A stretch of 64,000 nucleotides of DNA. Origin: Candidatus Saccharimonadales bacterium. Lineage in GTDB: Bacteria; Patescibacteriota; Saccharimonadia; Saccharimonadales; EFPC-124. The DNA lies in NCBI GenBank assembly GCA_035457485.1, contig DATIBO010000006.1:818659-882658 (forward strand). The letters are read 5' to 3'. Below are positions 54,045 through 63,584 of the stretch, piece by piece. The notes below the pieces were generated by a model. That model was not told the origin of the DNA. It made no database searches and saw only the letters and a program-made list of their open reading frames with translations. Every line of letters begins with the position of its first letter. Position 1 is the first letter of the stretch. The translations under genes and the position numbers were made by a program.

Positions 54045-57000
54045 TTACCTACTTGCGGCTAACAATCCAAGAACTTCAATGTAATCAACGTCGGCAAATC
54101 TTGCGGTCGTACCTGCTGATTTAAGTATCATACTCCCGTAGCCAGTTCCGCGACCCGCGCCAGTAGGAATATTTGTCGTAACTTGACAGCGGCTTGTTCC
54201 GTCCGTTTGGAAGTCGGCTGAGTCACCTGCCGCATTTACAGTTACATTTAGCCTATACCAAGTGTCAGCTCCAACAGTAATCGTTGTATCGCAAGTACTT
54301 TCCACTCCGTTAGACCGACAAACTCCCTGCCATCTTCCGCTTAGCGTGCCGTCGGTGTACCTGAAGAAACATCCGTCGGTTGATTCAGCGTTGTTATTAT
54401 CGATAAAGCCAGTACGATATGTGTAGGTTTCTGTTCCGGTCGATAAAGTTGGAATTTTTACTGACGCTTCGTAGCGCCATTCGTTGCTATTACCAAGCAA
54501 AATTCCTTCTTCGGCGTCGGCAGCAACAGATGCTCGACCACCAGCCGTTGTTCCTGTGCTGTGCCTCAGTACGCCTGGATGGTTCGCAATCGAGCCAACA
54601 GCGTCGTTGTCGTTGGATGTGCCGGCCAATGCATTAGTACCAAAAATAAAATAGCTGTCTGTTCCAATAGAAGTAAAATCGGAATAAACCTTCATCTGAG
54701 TTCGGCCGCTCTGGATGCAATCTCGCCAAAAACCATATTCGTAGCAGCGCATTTTATTAGTTACGCTGTTGTAGTACATACCTCCGGCGACCCCAGTCGG
54801 ATCACCCGAAGTATTTTTTGTATCTAAAACCAACAAAGCGCCCGTTGCGTCAGCCGATGTGTTGCCAATATACACTCGTGAACTGCTGCTGTCTACAACA
54901 AACTGAGGCACCGCACTAGCATTCAAAACTCGAAAAGCTGTTGCCGAACTAAAGTTATTTACAGTTACGTCGGCATGAAATTCGGATAATCCGGTAACAA
55001 ACAACTGGTCATTTACCGTTAAATCCTGGCCGACATCTGCATTTAAAGTTACTGACAAGTTTCCGTTAGTATACAGGGTGTTAGTCGAGTTATTCACTCC
55101 CAGAAGTGGGGTTGTTCCATCGGTATCGTAAACGACGAACGCAGAGGCTGACGACGTTTGCGGAGTAAACGAAATTGAGCTAGCATTTAGCGTTGCTAGC
55201 GTAGCTAAGCTGTTAAGCGAAGTTCCCGAAACGCCACCAACGCTCGCCTGCAAAAGGATACTTCCGCCGGCCGCACTACCAGTGCCCTGACCGCTGGCAA
55301 TTCTTATATTTGCTCCCGTGACATCAGTTCCAGAGCCACTAGTCCCCTGAAGCGTAAATGCTCCAGGGGTAGCGTTTGTAACTCCATTGCCTACGACTAC
55401 TTGGTTAATTGCAGATGAGCTACTGCCCACAACAAGTTGGTTAGAGGCCGTAGTTGTAGCACCAGTACCTAAGGCAATGCTGTCCGCCGCACCGGTTGTC
55501 GCACTTGTGCCCACCGCAATTGATGAGTTAGTATTAGCGACCGCAGAGTTTCCAAGGGATACGCTCTGGAATGCCGACTGAGCCGTGTAGCCAATGGCGG
55601 TACACGCATTGCCTGTACAATTCGAAGCGGTGCCAATCGCTATAGAGTTATCCAGAGCACTGGCGTTGTAACCGATAGCTACGGAATCACTATTACCCGT
55701 AATGTTTGCACCATTACCTACGACTACGTTGCGAACATCGTTTGTGCTCGCCCCATTCCCAAAAACCTCACTGTTTGCCGTACCTTGCGGATTACTAATA
55801 TACGCCGTCGCTCCCTGTAAAAGTAGATCAGTATTGCTAGATAAAGTTACATCAGCGCCGTCGGCGGCTATCGTCAGACGTGTTACTCCACCCGTTTCAA
55901 ACTGCAAGGCGTTGGCATCATTTGTGCCCAAGGTTGCTGTCGCTCCAAAGCTATTACCACCTTGGATAAATGCCGTCGCGCCACCACCCGGAACCAAGCA
56001 ATCAACCCATGTGCTATTTTCGAAGCAACGGAATTTACCAGTGTTGCTATTGTAGTACATGCCGCCGTCTACACCAGTTGGGTCGCCCGCGCTGGTTTTA
56101 GTATCAAGCACTAAAAGGGTCCCGGTGATATCTGCAGCCCCAATTGTTACGTTGGCAGTTGGTTGTAAGGCAATTCCAGCACCGCTCGTTACGGTCATAC
56201 CTGCCCCACCTTGCAACAAGGTTGCGGAACTACCGTTAGTCGAGCCGATTGTTGTTGTGTGTGCAGTGCTGGATGATCCAAAGCTACACGCGCCCGTTCC
56301 ACACTGAATTTGAGTTGCACTAGTTAAAGTCGAGCTTCCGATTGTTACGTTTTGAGCTGCAGATCCCGTCGCTATGTTTACGGTTCGAGCCTGAGCCCCT
56401 GCCCCAATATTTATGGCACCTGTACCCGAATCGATTGTAACTGGACTGTTAGTGGTTGCGTTACCAACTGTGATTGAAGTTGCAGTTGTTCCACCGATAG
56501 TCAAGCCTGCGGCAGTGGCTGTATCAAGCGAAGGTGTCAATAATGACGTATTGGCTCTACCTGTACCCGAGATCCTAAAGTCGGCAGACTGATCAGACCC
56601 TGACTGATTCTGAATATAATTTGCTGATCCGCTTGCCGCTGCAAAACCACAAGCTGTACTACCCTGCAAACAAACTGTACCGTCTGCGTCAGGTAAGGTA
56701 TAGGTTCGGCTCGCGGTGAGTGCACCCTGTAAAATCGAGCCCAGAAATCCAGAACCGATGTGAGCCAGGTTAATTGTTCCCGTCTGAGAGCTGGAAACCC
56801 CGACCGTTACATCACCGCCGTTCACCGCTAAATCGCCAGTTAAGGTTTGGTTAGTAAATGTGGGTGAAGCCGAAGTAGATATATTTTGTATTGTATTAAT
56901 AGTCCCAGACCCGTTATCTGTAAAGTTTGAACTATTAAATTGTGCAATACCTTTCTGGCTCGTACTTGCGTTGTCTATGGTTATCGTTGATCCGGCTCCA

Positions 57001-58247
57001 CTGGAATTAGCAACTGTTAACGCCCCATTAAGACCGTTAACAGATGTCACTCCTCCACTTCCTGGGCAAGCGGCGAACGCTGGGGCTCCAGCAGTAGAAA
57101 CTAAACAAAGACCAGGGCCGCCCGCTACAACCGCCGTCAACGGACTAGCTCCGTTGCCCAGAACTACGCCGTTAGACGAAAGAGAAGTTGCTCCGGTTCC
57201 CCCGTTGCCCACAGTAAGTGCGTTAGATAACGACACACTACCAGTTACTGATAAGTCTCCATTAACAGTGATAACCGTGCCGCTTTCAGACAGTAAAGAG
57301 TTCTCTATGTTTTGTACGCCGGTAAATTTCGCGATCCTACCAGCAGTTCCGCCTCCACTTGTTACCGTGCCAGCTCCACCAACATTACTGATCGTCAAAT
57401 TGCCCGCACCGTCGTTGGTAATGGTTAAATTTATTGTTCCGGCGGTGAGGCTGTTAACACCAGTGTTGCTAATTGTTCCATTTGCTACAGCCAAGCCATT
57501 CCCGACACTTAGCGCGCCACTTGCCCCACCTAACGAAATAACGCCCGTGTTAGTTAAAGTAGTGCCATCTATTGCAATCCCGCCGCCACTTGTTAGAGTC
57601 ACATTTCCGGTTTGGCCTTGAACCGCGAGTACTCCTGTGTTGCTCAATTGACCATTTGCGTTACTAATTCCAGAGCCTACAGGAATGTCGCCAGGAAGTT
57701 GAATAAAATCTGTGCCGTTATAATAGCCTAATTGATTAGAGGTCTGGTCGTAATAAATTTGACCAGCCGTAGCGTTACTTGGCTGTGCCGATGGGGAGAT
57801 TATAAATGAATCGTTAACCTGAAGCTTTCCATTAATAGTTAGACTTCGAGTTGCGACCAAGTTGAGTCCGTCGCCGGCAAGAAAATCATCCAAAGGAATC
57901 TCTACCGTATCAAACTGACTAGTTGAAATCTGTTCGCTCCGTGGGCTGAACAAATTAAATGCAACCCATCCAGATAGGCCTAACAGCCCAGCAACCGCTA
58001 CCGTAACGCCAACAATTATTAGCCGCTTTTTATTGGATTTGGTTTTAGGCACCTGCACCGGTGGCGGAGGCGGCGTAAAACTTTCTGAACTATTTTGAAC
58101 ACTACTAAAAGACGTGGGCTCACTAGGAACCTGTTGTCCTTGGACTGTATTTGAATAGGGTGTCTGCTGTAAAGACGGATTGTTTGATATGTTTTTGTCT
58201 TTTGAGGTACCCAATCCAAAATTTATATCTTGGATTTTGTTTTCCAC
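54045..58247 (-). CDS. Giant (1400 aa) N-terminally anchored surface protein with tail-fibre-like G/T/S/N/A repeats and a C-terminal ConA/LamG-like domain
   Basis: The N-terminus is Q/S/P-rich, followed by one TM (LIIVGVTVAVAGLLGLSGWVAFNLF) and more than 1000 aa of low-complexity beta-repeat sequence. A ~40-aa module recurs (LLVLDTK.S.GDPTGV.GGMYYNS.T.K.RC.E...W.DC twice, plus GQIYYDQTSNQLGYYNGTDF). The last ~230 aa have a jelly-roll-like pattern. Domain calls come from pattern recognition only. Confidence 0.75.
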   Translation of the reverse strand: MENKIQDINFGLGTSKDKNISNNPSLQQTPYSNTVQGQQVPSEPTSFSSVQNSSESFTPPPPPVQVPKTKSNKKRLIIVGVTVAVAGLLGLSGWVAFNLFSPRSEQISTSQFDTVEIPLDDFLAGDGLNLVATRSLTINGKLQVNDSFIISPSAQPSNATAGQIYYDQTSNQLGYYNGTDFIQLPGDIPVGSGISNANGQLSNTGVLAVQGQTGNVTLTSGGGIAIDGTTLTNTGVISLGGASGALSVGNGLAVANGTISNTGVNSLTAGTINLTITNDGAGNLTISNVGGAGTVTSGGGTAGRIAKFTGVQNIENSLLSESGTVITVNGDLSVTGSVSLSNALTVGNGGTGATSLSSNGVVLGNGASPLTAVVAGGPGLCLVSTAGAPAFAACPGSGGVTSVNGLNGALTVANSSGAGSTITIDNASTSQKGIAQFNSSNFTDNGSGTINTIQNISTSASPTFTNQTLTGDLAVNGGDVTVGVSSSQTGTINLAHIGSGFLGSILQGALTASRTYTLPDADGTVCLQGSTACGFAAASGSANYIQNQSGSDQSADFRISGTGRANTSLLTPSLDTATAAGLTIGGTTATSITVGNATTNSPVTIDSGTGAINIGAGAQARTVNIATGSAAQNVTIGSSTLTSATQIQCGTGACSFGSSSTAHTTTIGSTNGSSATLLQGGAGMTVTSGAGIALQPTANVTIGAADITGTLLVLDTKTSAGDPTGVDGGMYYNSNTGKFRCFENSTWVDCLVPGGGATAFIQGGNSFGATATLGTNDANALQFETGGVTRLTIAADGADVTLSSNTDLLLQGATAYISNPQGTANSEVFGNGASTNDVRNVVVGNGANITGNSDSVAIGYNASALDNSIAIGTASNCTGNACTAIGYTAQSAFQSVSLGNSAVANTNSSIAVGTSATTGAADSIALGTGATTTASNQLVVGSSSSAINQVVVGNGVTNATPGAFTLQGTSGSGTDVTGANIRIASGQGTGSAAGGSILLQASVGGVSGTSLNSLATLATLNASSISFTPQTSSASAFVVYDTDGTTPLLGVNNSTNTLYTNGNLSVTLNADVGQDLTVNDQLFVTGLSEFHADVTVNNFSSATAFRVLNASAVPQFVVDSSSSRVYIGNTSADATGALLVLDTKNTSGDPTGVAGGMYYNSVTNKMRCYEYGFWRDCIQSGRTQMKVYSDFTSIGTDSYFIFGTNALAGTSNDNDAVGSIANHPGVLRHSTGTTAGGRASVAADAEEGILLGNSNEWRYEASVKIPTLSTGTETYTYRTGFIDNNNAESTDGCFFRYTDGTLSGRWQGVCRSNGVESTCDTTITVGADTWYRLNVTVNAAGDSADFQTDGTSRCQVTTNIPTGAGRGTGYGSMILKSAGTTARFADVDYIEVLGLLAASR

Positions 58248-58315
58248 CTTTTTTGTCTCTTTTTTTAAAAGTCCAATTTAATTATACCACTTACGCTTAT
58301 GTCTACAATACTAAA

Positions 58316-59944
58316 TTACATCAATTTAATTAGCTGACCTTCAAGTTTAACAGTTCCGCGCCATTCGTTTTCAACGATTTTAAAAATTACATCTATAGTT
58401 TCACCGACATCATTGTCGTATTTACTAACCATCCCAAATCCAATTAAATCCCAAGTGTTGCCCTTTTTATCACAGACCGTAAGTTTAAGATGGTTTTGAT
58501 CTTTACCTAGGTGCCGTCGATTCTGAACTATTACGTCAGTAAGCTTGAATAACGGCTCAGGGTTGCCATGACCAAAGGGTTCTAGAGATTTAATAACATT
58601 GCTAAGCTCAAAGTCTAACTCAGTTACATTATCGATGATTGCGTCAATTTTTGGTTCTAAATGTCTAAGCTGATCTTGTATTCCCTTACTTCTGTAAAAT
58701 TCGTTTAGCGACTTGCGAAAATTATGAATTTTATCAGTCTTTAAGGTGATGCCGGCCGCCAACTTATGACCCCCACCCTTAATTAACCACTGGTCGGCGT
58801 TTCTGATTGCCTCAACGGCGCTAAAATCGCCAAAGCTACGTGCCGAGCCTTTGGATTCCTCGCCCATTTCTTCTAACACAAAAGTTGGTTTTTGATAATG
58901 TTCCAAAATTTTTGCGGCCACAATCCCAATAATTCCATGCGACCAGCCTGCACCGCTTAAAACAAGTACAGGATCGTTGGCAAATTGCTCTGCCTGAATT
59001 TTGGCTTCGGCGAAAATTCTATCTTGTTCAGCTCGCCTAGCGATGTTCATTTCTCGCAACTTGTACGCGATCTCTAAACCTTTCATTGCATCATCAGCGG
59101 TTATCAAATCTAAGCTATGCTGAGCAGTTTCGAGTCGACCAGCTGCATTTAAATGGGGGCCTATGACAAAACCGAGTGATCGCGAGTTTAGCTTAGACAT
59201 CTCGAGACCTGTGACTTGTGCAATCGACCTTAGTCCGGGCCGCCTAGTCTTTTGTAGAACTTTTAGTCCCCACAAAACGTTCGCACGATTTTCATCCACC
59301 AACTGAACAACATCACAAACAGTTCCAAGCGCCACTAAGTCAAGTAGCCATTTTTCCTGGCCCTCAGCCAGGCCTTCCATTTTTTGTTGCATTGCTTGCA
59401 CTAGCTTAAATGCAACCCCAACACCAGCTAGATCGATAAAAGGATAGTTGTGATCGTTTCGCTTAGGGTTGATGGTCGCGATGGCGTTCGGCATAACATC
59501 AGCCACGCTGTGGTGATCAGTTACTATCACATCCATTCCCAGTCCGTTGGCTAAATCTATCTCTTTATGACTCAAGCTACCGCAGTCCACCGTAACAATC
59601 AAGTTTGCGCCTTTTGCAGCAATCTCCTTGATAGCACCTTTGCTCAGCCCGTAGCCATCGACGAATCGGTTAGGAATAAAAGCCTCGCACCGCAACCCAA
59701 AACTTTTGAACGCATCCAGTAAAAGCGAGGTTGCAGTTAACCCATCAATATCGTAGTCGCCATAAATAAAAATAAGTTCGTTTTTTTGTTTTGCTTGCTG
59801 CAGGCGCTCTACCGCTTTTTGCATATCCGGCAACAAAAAGGGATCATGTTTAAAATCTTCAAAGTCTGGCGCCAAAAAAGCCTGGCGCTTATCTTTTTCG
59901 TAGATTCCCCGTGTTTTAAAAAGCTGTTCAATTACCCCAGACAT
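58316..59944 (-). CDS. recJ: Single-stranded-DNA-specific exonuclease RecJ
   Basis: DHH family motifs DYDIDG, VTVDCG, VTDHH, plus DHHA1 GGGHKLAAG. Confidence 0.85.
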   Translation of the reverse strand: MSGVIEQLFKTRGIYEKDKRQAFLAPDFEDFKHDPFLLPDMQKAVERLQQAKQKNELIFIYGDYDIDGLTATSLLLDAFKSFGLRCEAFIPNRFVDGYGLSKGAIKEIAAKGANLIVTVDCGSLSHKEIDLANGLGMDVIVTDHHSVADVMPNAIATINPKRNDHNYPFIDLAGVGVAFKLVQAMQQKMEGLAEGQEKWLLDLVALGTVCDVVQLVDENRANVLWGLKVLQKTRRPGLRSIAQVTGLEMSKLNSRSLGFVIGPHLNAAGRLETAQHSLDLITADDAMKGLEIAYKLREMNIARRAEQDRIFAEAKIQAEQFANDPVLVLSGAGWSHGIIGIVAAKILEHYQKPTFVLEEMGEESKGSARSFGDFSAVEAIRNADQWLIKGGGHKLAAGITLKTDKIHNFRKSLNEFYRSKGIQDQLRHLEPKIDAIIDNVTELDFELSNVIKSLEPFGHGNPEPLFKLTDVIVQNRRHLGKDQNHLKLTVCDKKGNTWDLIGFGMVSKYDNDVGETIDVIFKIVENEWRGTVKLEGQLIKLM

Positions 59945-59989
59945 AGGCTACATTGTAGCGTTAGCTTGGGATATATGCCAAATTTATTT

Positions 59990-60280
59990 TTAGGCTTCGC
60001 GCTTGGCTTTGTGAGTTTGACGCTGAGATTTTAAAACGATACTTTGCAACTCTTTAAAGATTACAAAATGCTTGTTGGTAAAATAAATCTTGGTGTTACT
60101 TTGCTTTTCAGATTGCAAAAAACCAACTTTTTCAAGACGTTTGAGTTCTCGTTGAATGTTTCCCGGATCTTCTTTTATTAACTTAGCAAGACCCCTCACA
60201 TGAGTGCGAAAATCTGGATATTTGGCGTAAACCACTATGATTTTCCGCCGCACCCTCGATGTTATGAACACATCCAGCAT
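59990..60280 (-). CDS. Small winged-helix transcriptional regulator
   Basis: 96 aa. HVRGLAKLIKEDPGNIQRELKRLEKVGFLQSEKQSNTKIY fits an HTH plus wing pattern. Confidence 0.55.
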   Translation of the reverse strand: MLDVFITSRVRRKIIVVYAKYPDFRTHVRGLAKLIKEDPGNIQRELKRLEKVGFLQSEKQSNTKIYFTNKHFVIFKELQSIVLKSQRQTHKAKREA

Positions 60281-60362
60281 TTTTATTCCCTAACAATTAT
60301 CTTACTTTAGCATCTGTTGTTGTTAGTAATTTTACACGCGTTTTAAGGAAAAAACAACCTAA

Positions 60363-61016
60363 CTAACACCAACTAAGCACTATATTTTTAACTTTTTCTA
60401 CAGCCTGTTCATGAGTAATCTTTTCGTTTACATCGTAATAATGGCTTGCGTTGAAGTAGTTTTCGGTTACAGCTAAGCAGTGGATCTCATCAGCGACGAT
60501 GTGCATTCTATCGACGGCAGTAACAGATGCAATTGGTGTGGCTATTATTAATCTCTTAACTTTTATTGGCTTTAGGAATTCGCTCACAGCATCCAATTTT
60601 TGACCATCTTTTAGTCCGTCGGCAACTACGATAACTACATGTTCACGCAAAACTGCCGGCTCGATCATTCCTCCGCTTGCTAAAAGTCGGTTGATTTTGG
60701 CATAGCTTTCGCGCTTCTGCTCTTCGATAAACCCATGGTATTCGCCGTAATAATCATCTCGCTCGCCCTCGGACATCGAGCGATTGTAGCTAAAACCACC
60801 AGTCTGATCAACAGTTCCGTAAGTTAAGCCTTCCCCTGGCACACCAATTTTCTCGGTTATAAAAAGACCAAGCAAAGCATGCAGCTGCGCAGCAATAGGC
60901 TCAGCCACCAAAACCGAACTGTACCCTAAAGCAATAACAGCACAGTTCTCGAACCTATACTGTTGGAGTTTGCTCGCTATCAACTGTCCTGCAGCGCTAC
61001 GTGACTGGAAATACAT
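60363..61016 (-). CDS. Putative phosphoribosyltransferase-fold protein
   Basis: The PRPP-loop-like VVIVVADGLKDGQK is preceded by a hydrophobic strand. 217 aa. The call is weak. Confidence 0.4.
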   Translation of the reverse strand: MYFQSRSAAGQLIASKLQQYRFENCAVIALGYSSVLVAEPIAAQLHALLGLFITEKIGVPGEGLTYGTVDQTGGFSYNRSMSEGERDDYYGEYHGFIEEQKRESYAKINRLLASGGMIEPAVLREHVVIVVADGLKDGQKLDAVSEFLKPIKVKRLIIATPIASVTAVDRMHIVADEIHCLAVTENYFNASHYYDVNEKITHEQAVEKVKNIVLSWC

Positions 61017-61058
61017 ATAGCTTAAGTTTATCAGAGCATCGTGTCGTATAGTAGTATC

Positions 61059-62987
61059 ATGACCTATTATTACCTAATTGCTCCAGCGGCCGTAGTTCGA
61101 GAAAACAGTCCGGCTTTTACCTATGAGAGTACTATCGAACTTGCCGAAGGCACAGTTTTGCAGGTACCGGTCGGCAAAAAAACTTTTACCGCAGTCGTTA
61201 TAGAACAGATTAAAAAACCACAATTTGCTACAAAACCAGTTGGTAAAATTTTAACGAATCAACCGGTGCCTGCGCCTTTAATAAGGCTCGCATTTTGGCT
61301 AAGCGAATACTATTGCACGCATTTGGGTATAGTTTTGCAAGCTATTCTTCCAACCGGGCTACAAAAGCAAAGAAAACTGCCTAAATCTACCACTCACCCC
61401 AGTAGAGACAGGATAAAAATTGTACTCAATCCAACCCAAAAAGCTGCACTTGAAGTCATAAAATCATCCAAAAACCAGACTATTCTATTGCATGGCGTTA
61501 CTGGGTCCGGCAAGACTCAAGTGTACATAGAGTCAGTTCGAGAACAGCTTACCAAGGGTAAGTCAGCAATTGTTTTAGTACCCGAAATTTCCCTAACGCC
61601 CCAGCTAGTGGCAGAATTCTCGAACCACTTTAAAAACCTAATAGTAACTCACTCAGCGATGACAGAAGCCGCAAGGCACTTAGCATGGGTCGAAGCCCTA
61701 CAGTCAATAGAACCAACCGTTGTAATTGGTCCGAGATCAGCTCTTTTTTTGCCTCTAAAAAACGTTGGCATAATTGTGATCGACGAATGCCACGAACCAA
61801 GCTACAAACAAGACATGTCGCCAAAATACTCCAGCTTACGTGCTGCAAGCGTTCTGGCTAAGGAGCATGGCGCAAACTTGGTTTTAGGCAGCGCCACCCC
61901 AAGCGTAGCCGACTTTTACCTTGCAGACGAACAAAACAAACCCATTGTCATACTCCCTAAGCCAATCTCAGGTGATTTTAAAGTTGAGGTTGTAAGCGTA
62001 GACCTAAAAAAGAAAGAAAACTTTAAAAAACATCGTTTCGTGTCTGATGAATTAGTTAACTCAATAAACGAGACTCTTCAGCAAAAAAAGCAAGTTTTAT
62101 TATTTCACAACCGGCGTGGCACCGCCCCCACCACAATTTGCAGCGAGTGTGGCTGGATAGCAAACTGCCCCGAATGTTTTTTACCGCTAACTCTACACGC
62201 TGACAAACATATTTTAATGTGCCACCTGTGCGGCCATTCTCAAAAAATATCAACCAACTGCCCAACCTGCTCCGAGCCAACCATTATCTTTAAGGGTATT
62301 GGCACGAAAATGATCGAAACTGAGGTGGCTAGATTATTTCCGAAGGCTAGGATCGCGCGTTTTGATGCGGATACAAAAAAAGAAGATGCACTGCACAACA
62401 GATATCAGCAGCTCTACGATGGCGAGGTAGACATAATTATTGGGACCCAAATACTTGCAAAGGGCTTGGACTTGCCTAAGCTCGATCTGGTTGGAGTAAT
62501 TCAGGCCGACAGTGGATTAATGCTCCCGGACTACACGGCGAATGAACGAGTTTTTCAGTTGCTCTACCAGGTAATGGGACGCGTGGGACGTGTCAGCCAA
62601 TCAGGAAAGGTGGTAGTTCAGAGCTTTCAGCCGGAGCATCCAATAATCGTCCAAGGAACAAAACGTGATTTCGCGGAGTTCTACAAACAAGAGCTAGCCC
62701 TTAGGCAAAAAAACGCACTCCCTCCTTACAGCTATTTGCTTAAACTAACTTGCAGTTACAAAACCGAAACATCAGCGATTACGGCAAGCCAAAAATTAGC
62801 AAATAGCTTGCGATCTATAAAATACGTTAAAGTTTTAGGCCCTACCCCCTCATTTTACGAACGACTTGGCGGCAATTACAGATGGCAAATCGTAGTTAAA
62901 TCTAGAAAACGTGATTTACTCACGAAAATCGTTAAAGATCTATCGCCAAAATGGCAATTCGACCTGGATCCAATTAGCTTGCTCTGA
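61059..62987 (+). CDS. priA: Primosomal replication-restart helicase PriA
   Basis: Walker A GVTGSGKTQVY and Walker B IDECHE. Cys-rich zinc insert CSECGWIANCPEC...CHLCGH...CPTC. I prefer ATG 61059 over the GTG at 61041 used in the track. Confidence 0.85.
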   Translation: MTYYYLIAPAAVVRENSPAFTYESTIELAEGTVLQVPVGKKTFTAVVIEQIKKPQFATKPVGKILTNQPVPAPLIRLAFWLSEYYCTHLGIVLQAILPTGLQKQRKLPKSTTHPSRDRIKIVLNPTQKAALEVIKSSKNQTILLHGVTGSGKTQVYIESVREQLTKGKSAIVLVPEISLTPQLVAEFSNHFKNLIVTHSAMTEAARHLAWVEALQSIEPTVVIGPRSALFLPLKNVGIIVIDECHEPSYKQDMSPKYSSLRAASVLAKEHGANLVLGSATPSVADFYLADEQNKPIVILPKPISGDFKVEVVSVDLKKKENFKKHRFVSDELVNSINETLQQKKQVLLFHNRRGTAPTTICSECGWIANCPECFLPLTLHADKHILMCHLCGHSQKISTNCPTCSEPTIIFKGIGTKMIETEVARLFPKARIARFDADTKKEDALHNRYQQLYDGEVDIIIGTQILAKGLDLPKLDLVGVIQADSGLMLPDYTANERVFQLLYQVMGRVGRVSQSGKVVVQSFQPEHPIIVQGTKRDFAEFYKQELALRQKNALPPYSYLLKLTCSYKTETSAITASQKLANSLRSIKYVKVLGPTPSFYERLGGNYRWQIVVKSRKRDLLTKIVKDLSPKWQFDLDPISLL

Positions 62988-63014
62988 TCTGTTAAATCGG
63001 TTATAGTTAGCTTA

Positions 63015-63584
63015 ATGACTACACGACACGACATAATCACCTTGCCTAATAAGCATTTGAGGCAAAAATCTAAACGCGTGCACGTAATTACCGACGAAAC
63101 ACGTGAATTAATTACCGACATGCAAACCTCAACCTTAGATTGGGAAGACCATCGCCCACATGAATTGGGTGTGGCTTTGGCTGCAGTTCAAATAGATCGA
63201 CTTGAGCGTGTAGTAATAGTTAGAAGCGACTTTGAAAACAAAGCCGATCGTAATTTTTTAACATTAATAAACCCAGAGGTCACAAAACTCGAAGGCGAAA
63301 TTGTATACGATCACGAAGGCTGCTTAAGTGTCCCCGATGTTTATGGTCTAGTTCCACGCCACACAAAAGTCCGCGTAAAAGCGCTCGACGAAAACGGCAA
63401 TGAAGTCCGCATTAAAGCCAGTGGTTTTTTAGCTCGAGTTTTGCAGCACGAAATCGACCACACCAATGGTATAGTTTTTGTTGACCATATTAAAAACGAT
63501 GATTCTTTCTTTAAATTAACAGATCAAGGTGAACTTAAAAAGGTTCCACACAATGAAGTCTTGCAAAATAGTATTCTTTGGTAA
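63015..63584 (+). CDS. def: Peptide deformylase
   Basis: Motifs GVALAAVQ, EGCLS and QHEIDH. Confidence 0.9.
   Translation: MTTRHDIITLPNKHLRQKSKRVHVITDETRELITDMQTSTLDWEDHRPHELGVALAAVQIDRLERVVIVRSDFENKADRNFLTLINPEVTKLEGEIVYDHEGCLSVPDVYGLVPRHTKVRVKALDENGNEVRIKASGFLARVLQHEIDHTNGIVFVDHIKNDDSFFKLTDQGELKKVPHNEVLQNSILW

Noticed and set aside
56860-57621. 253-aa plus-strand ORF (and several 60-117 aa ORFs) antisense to the giant surface-protein gene
   Set aside because: The products are low-complexity and Pro/Val/Ala-rich, generated by the repetitive G/T/S/N codons of the opposite strand. There is no SD and no independent signal.
63085-63105. GAAACACGTGAAT, noticed while looking for a parS site near parAB
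   Set aside because: The half-site orientation does not match the TGTTTCACGTGAAACA consensus. It lies inside def, 24 kb from parB. No convincing parS was found in the window.
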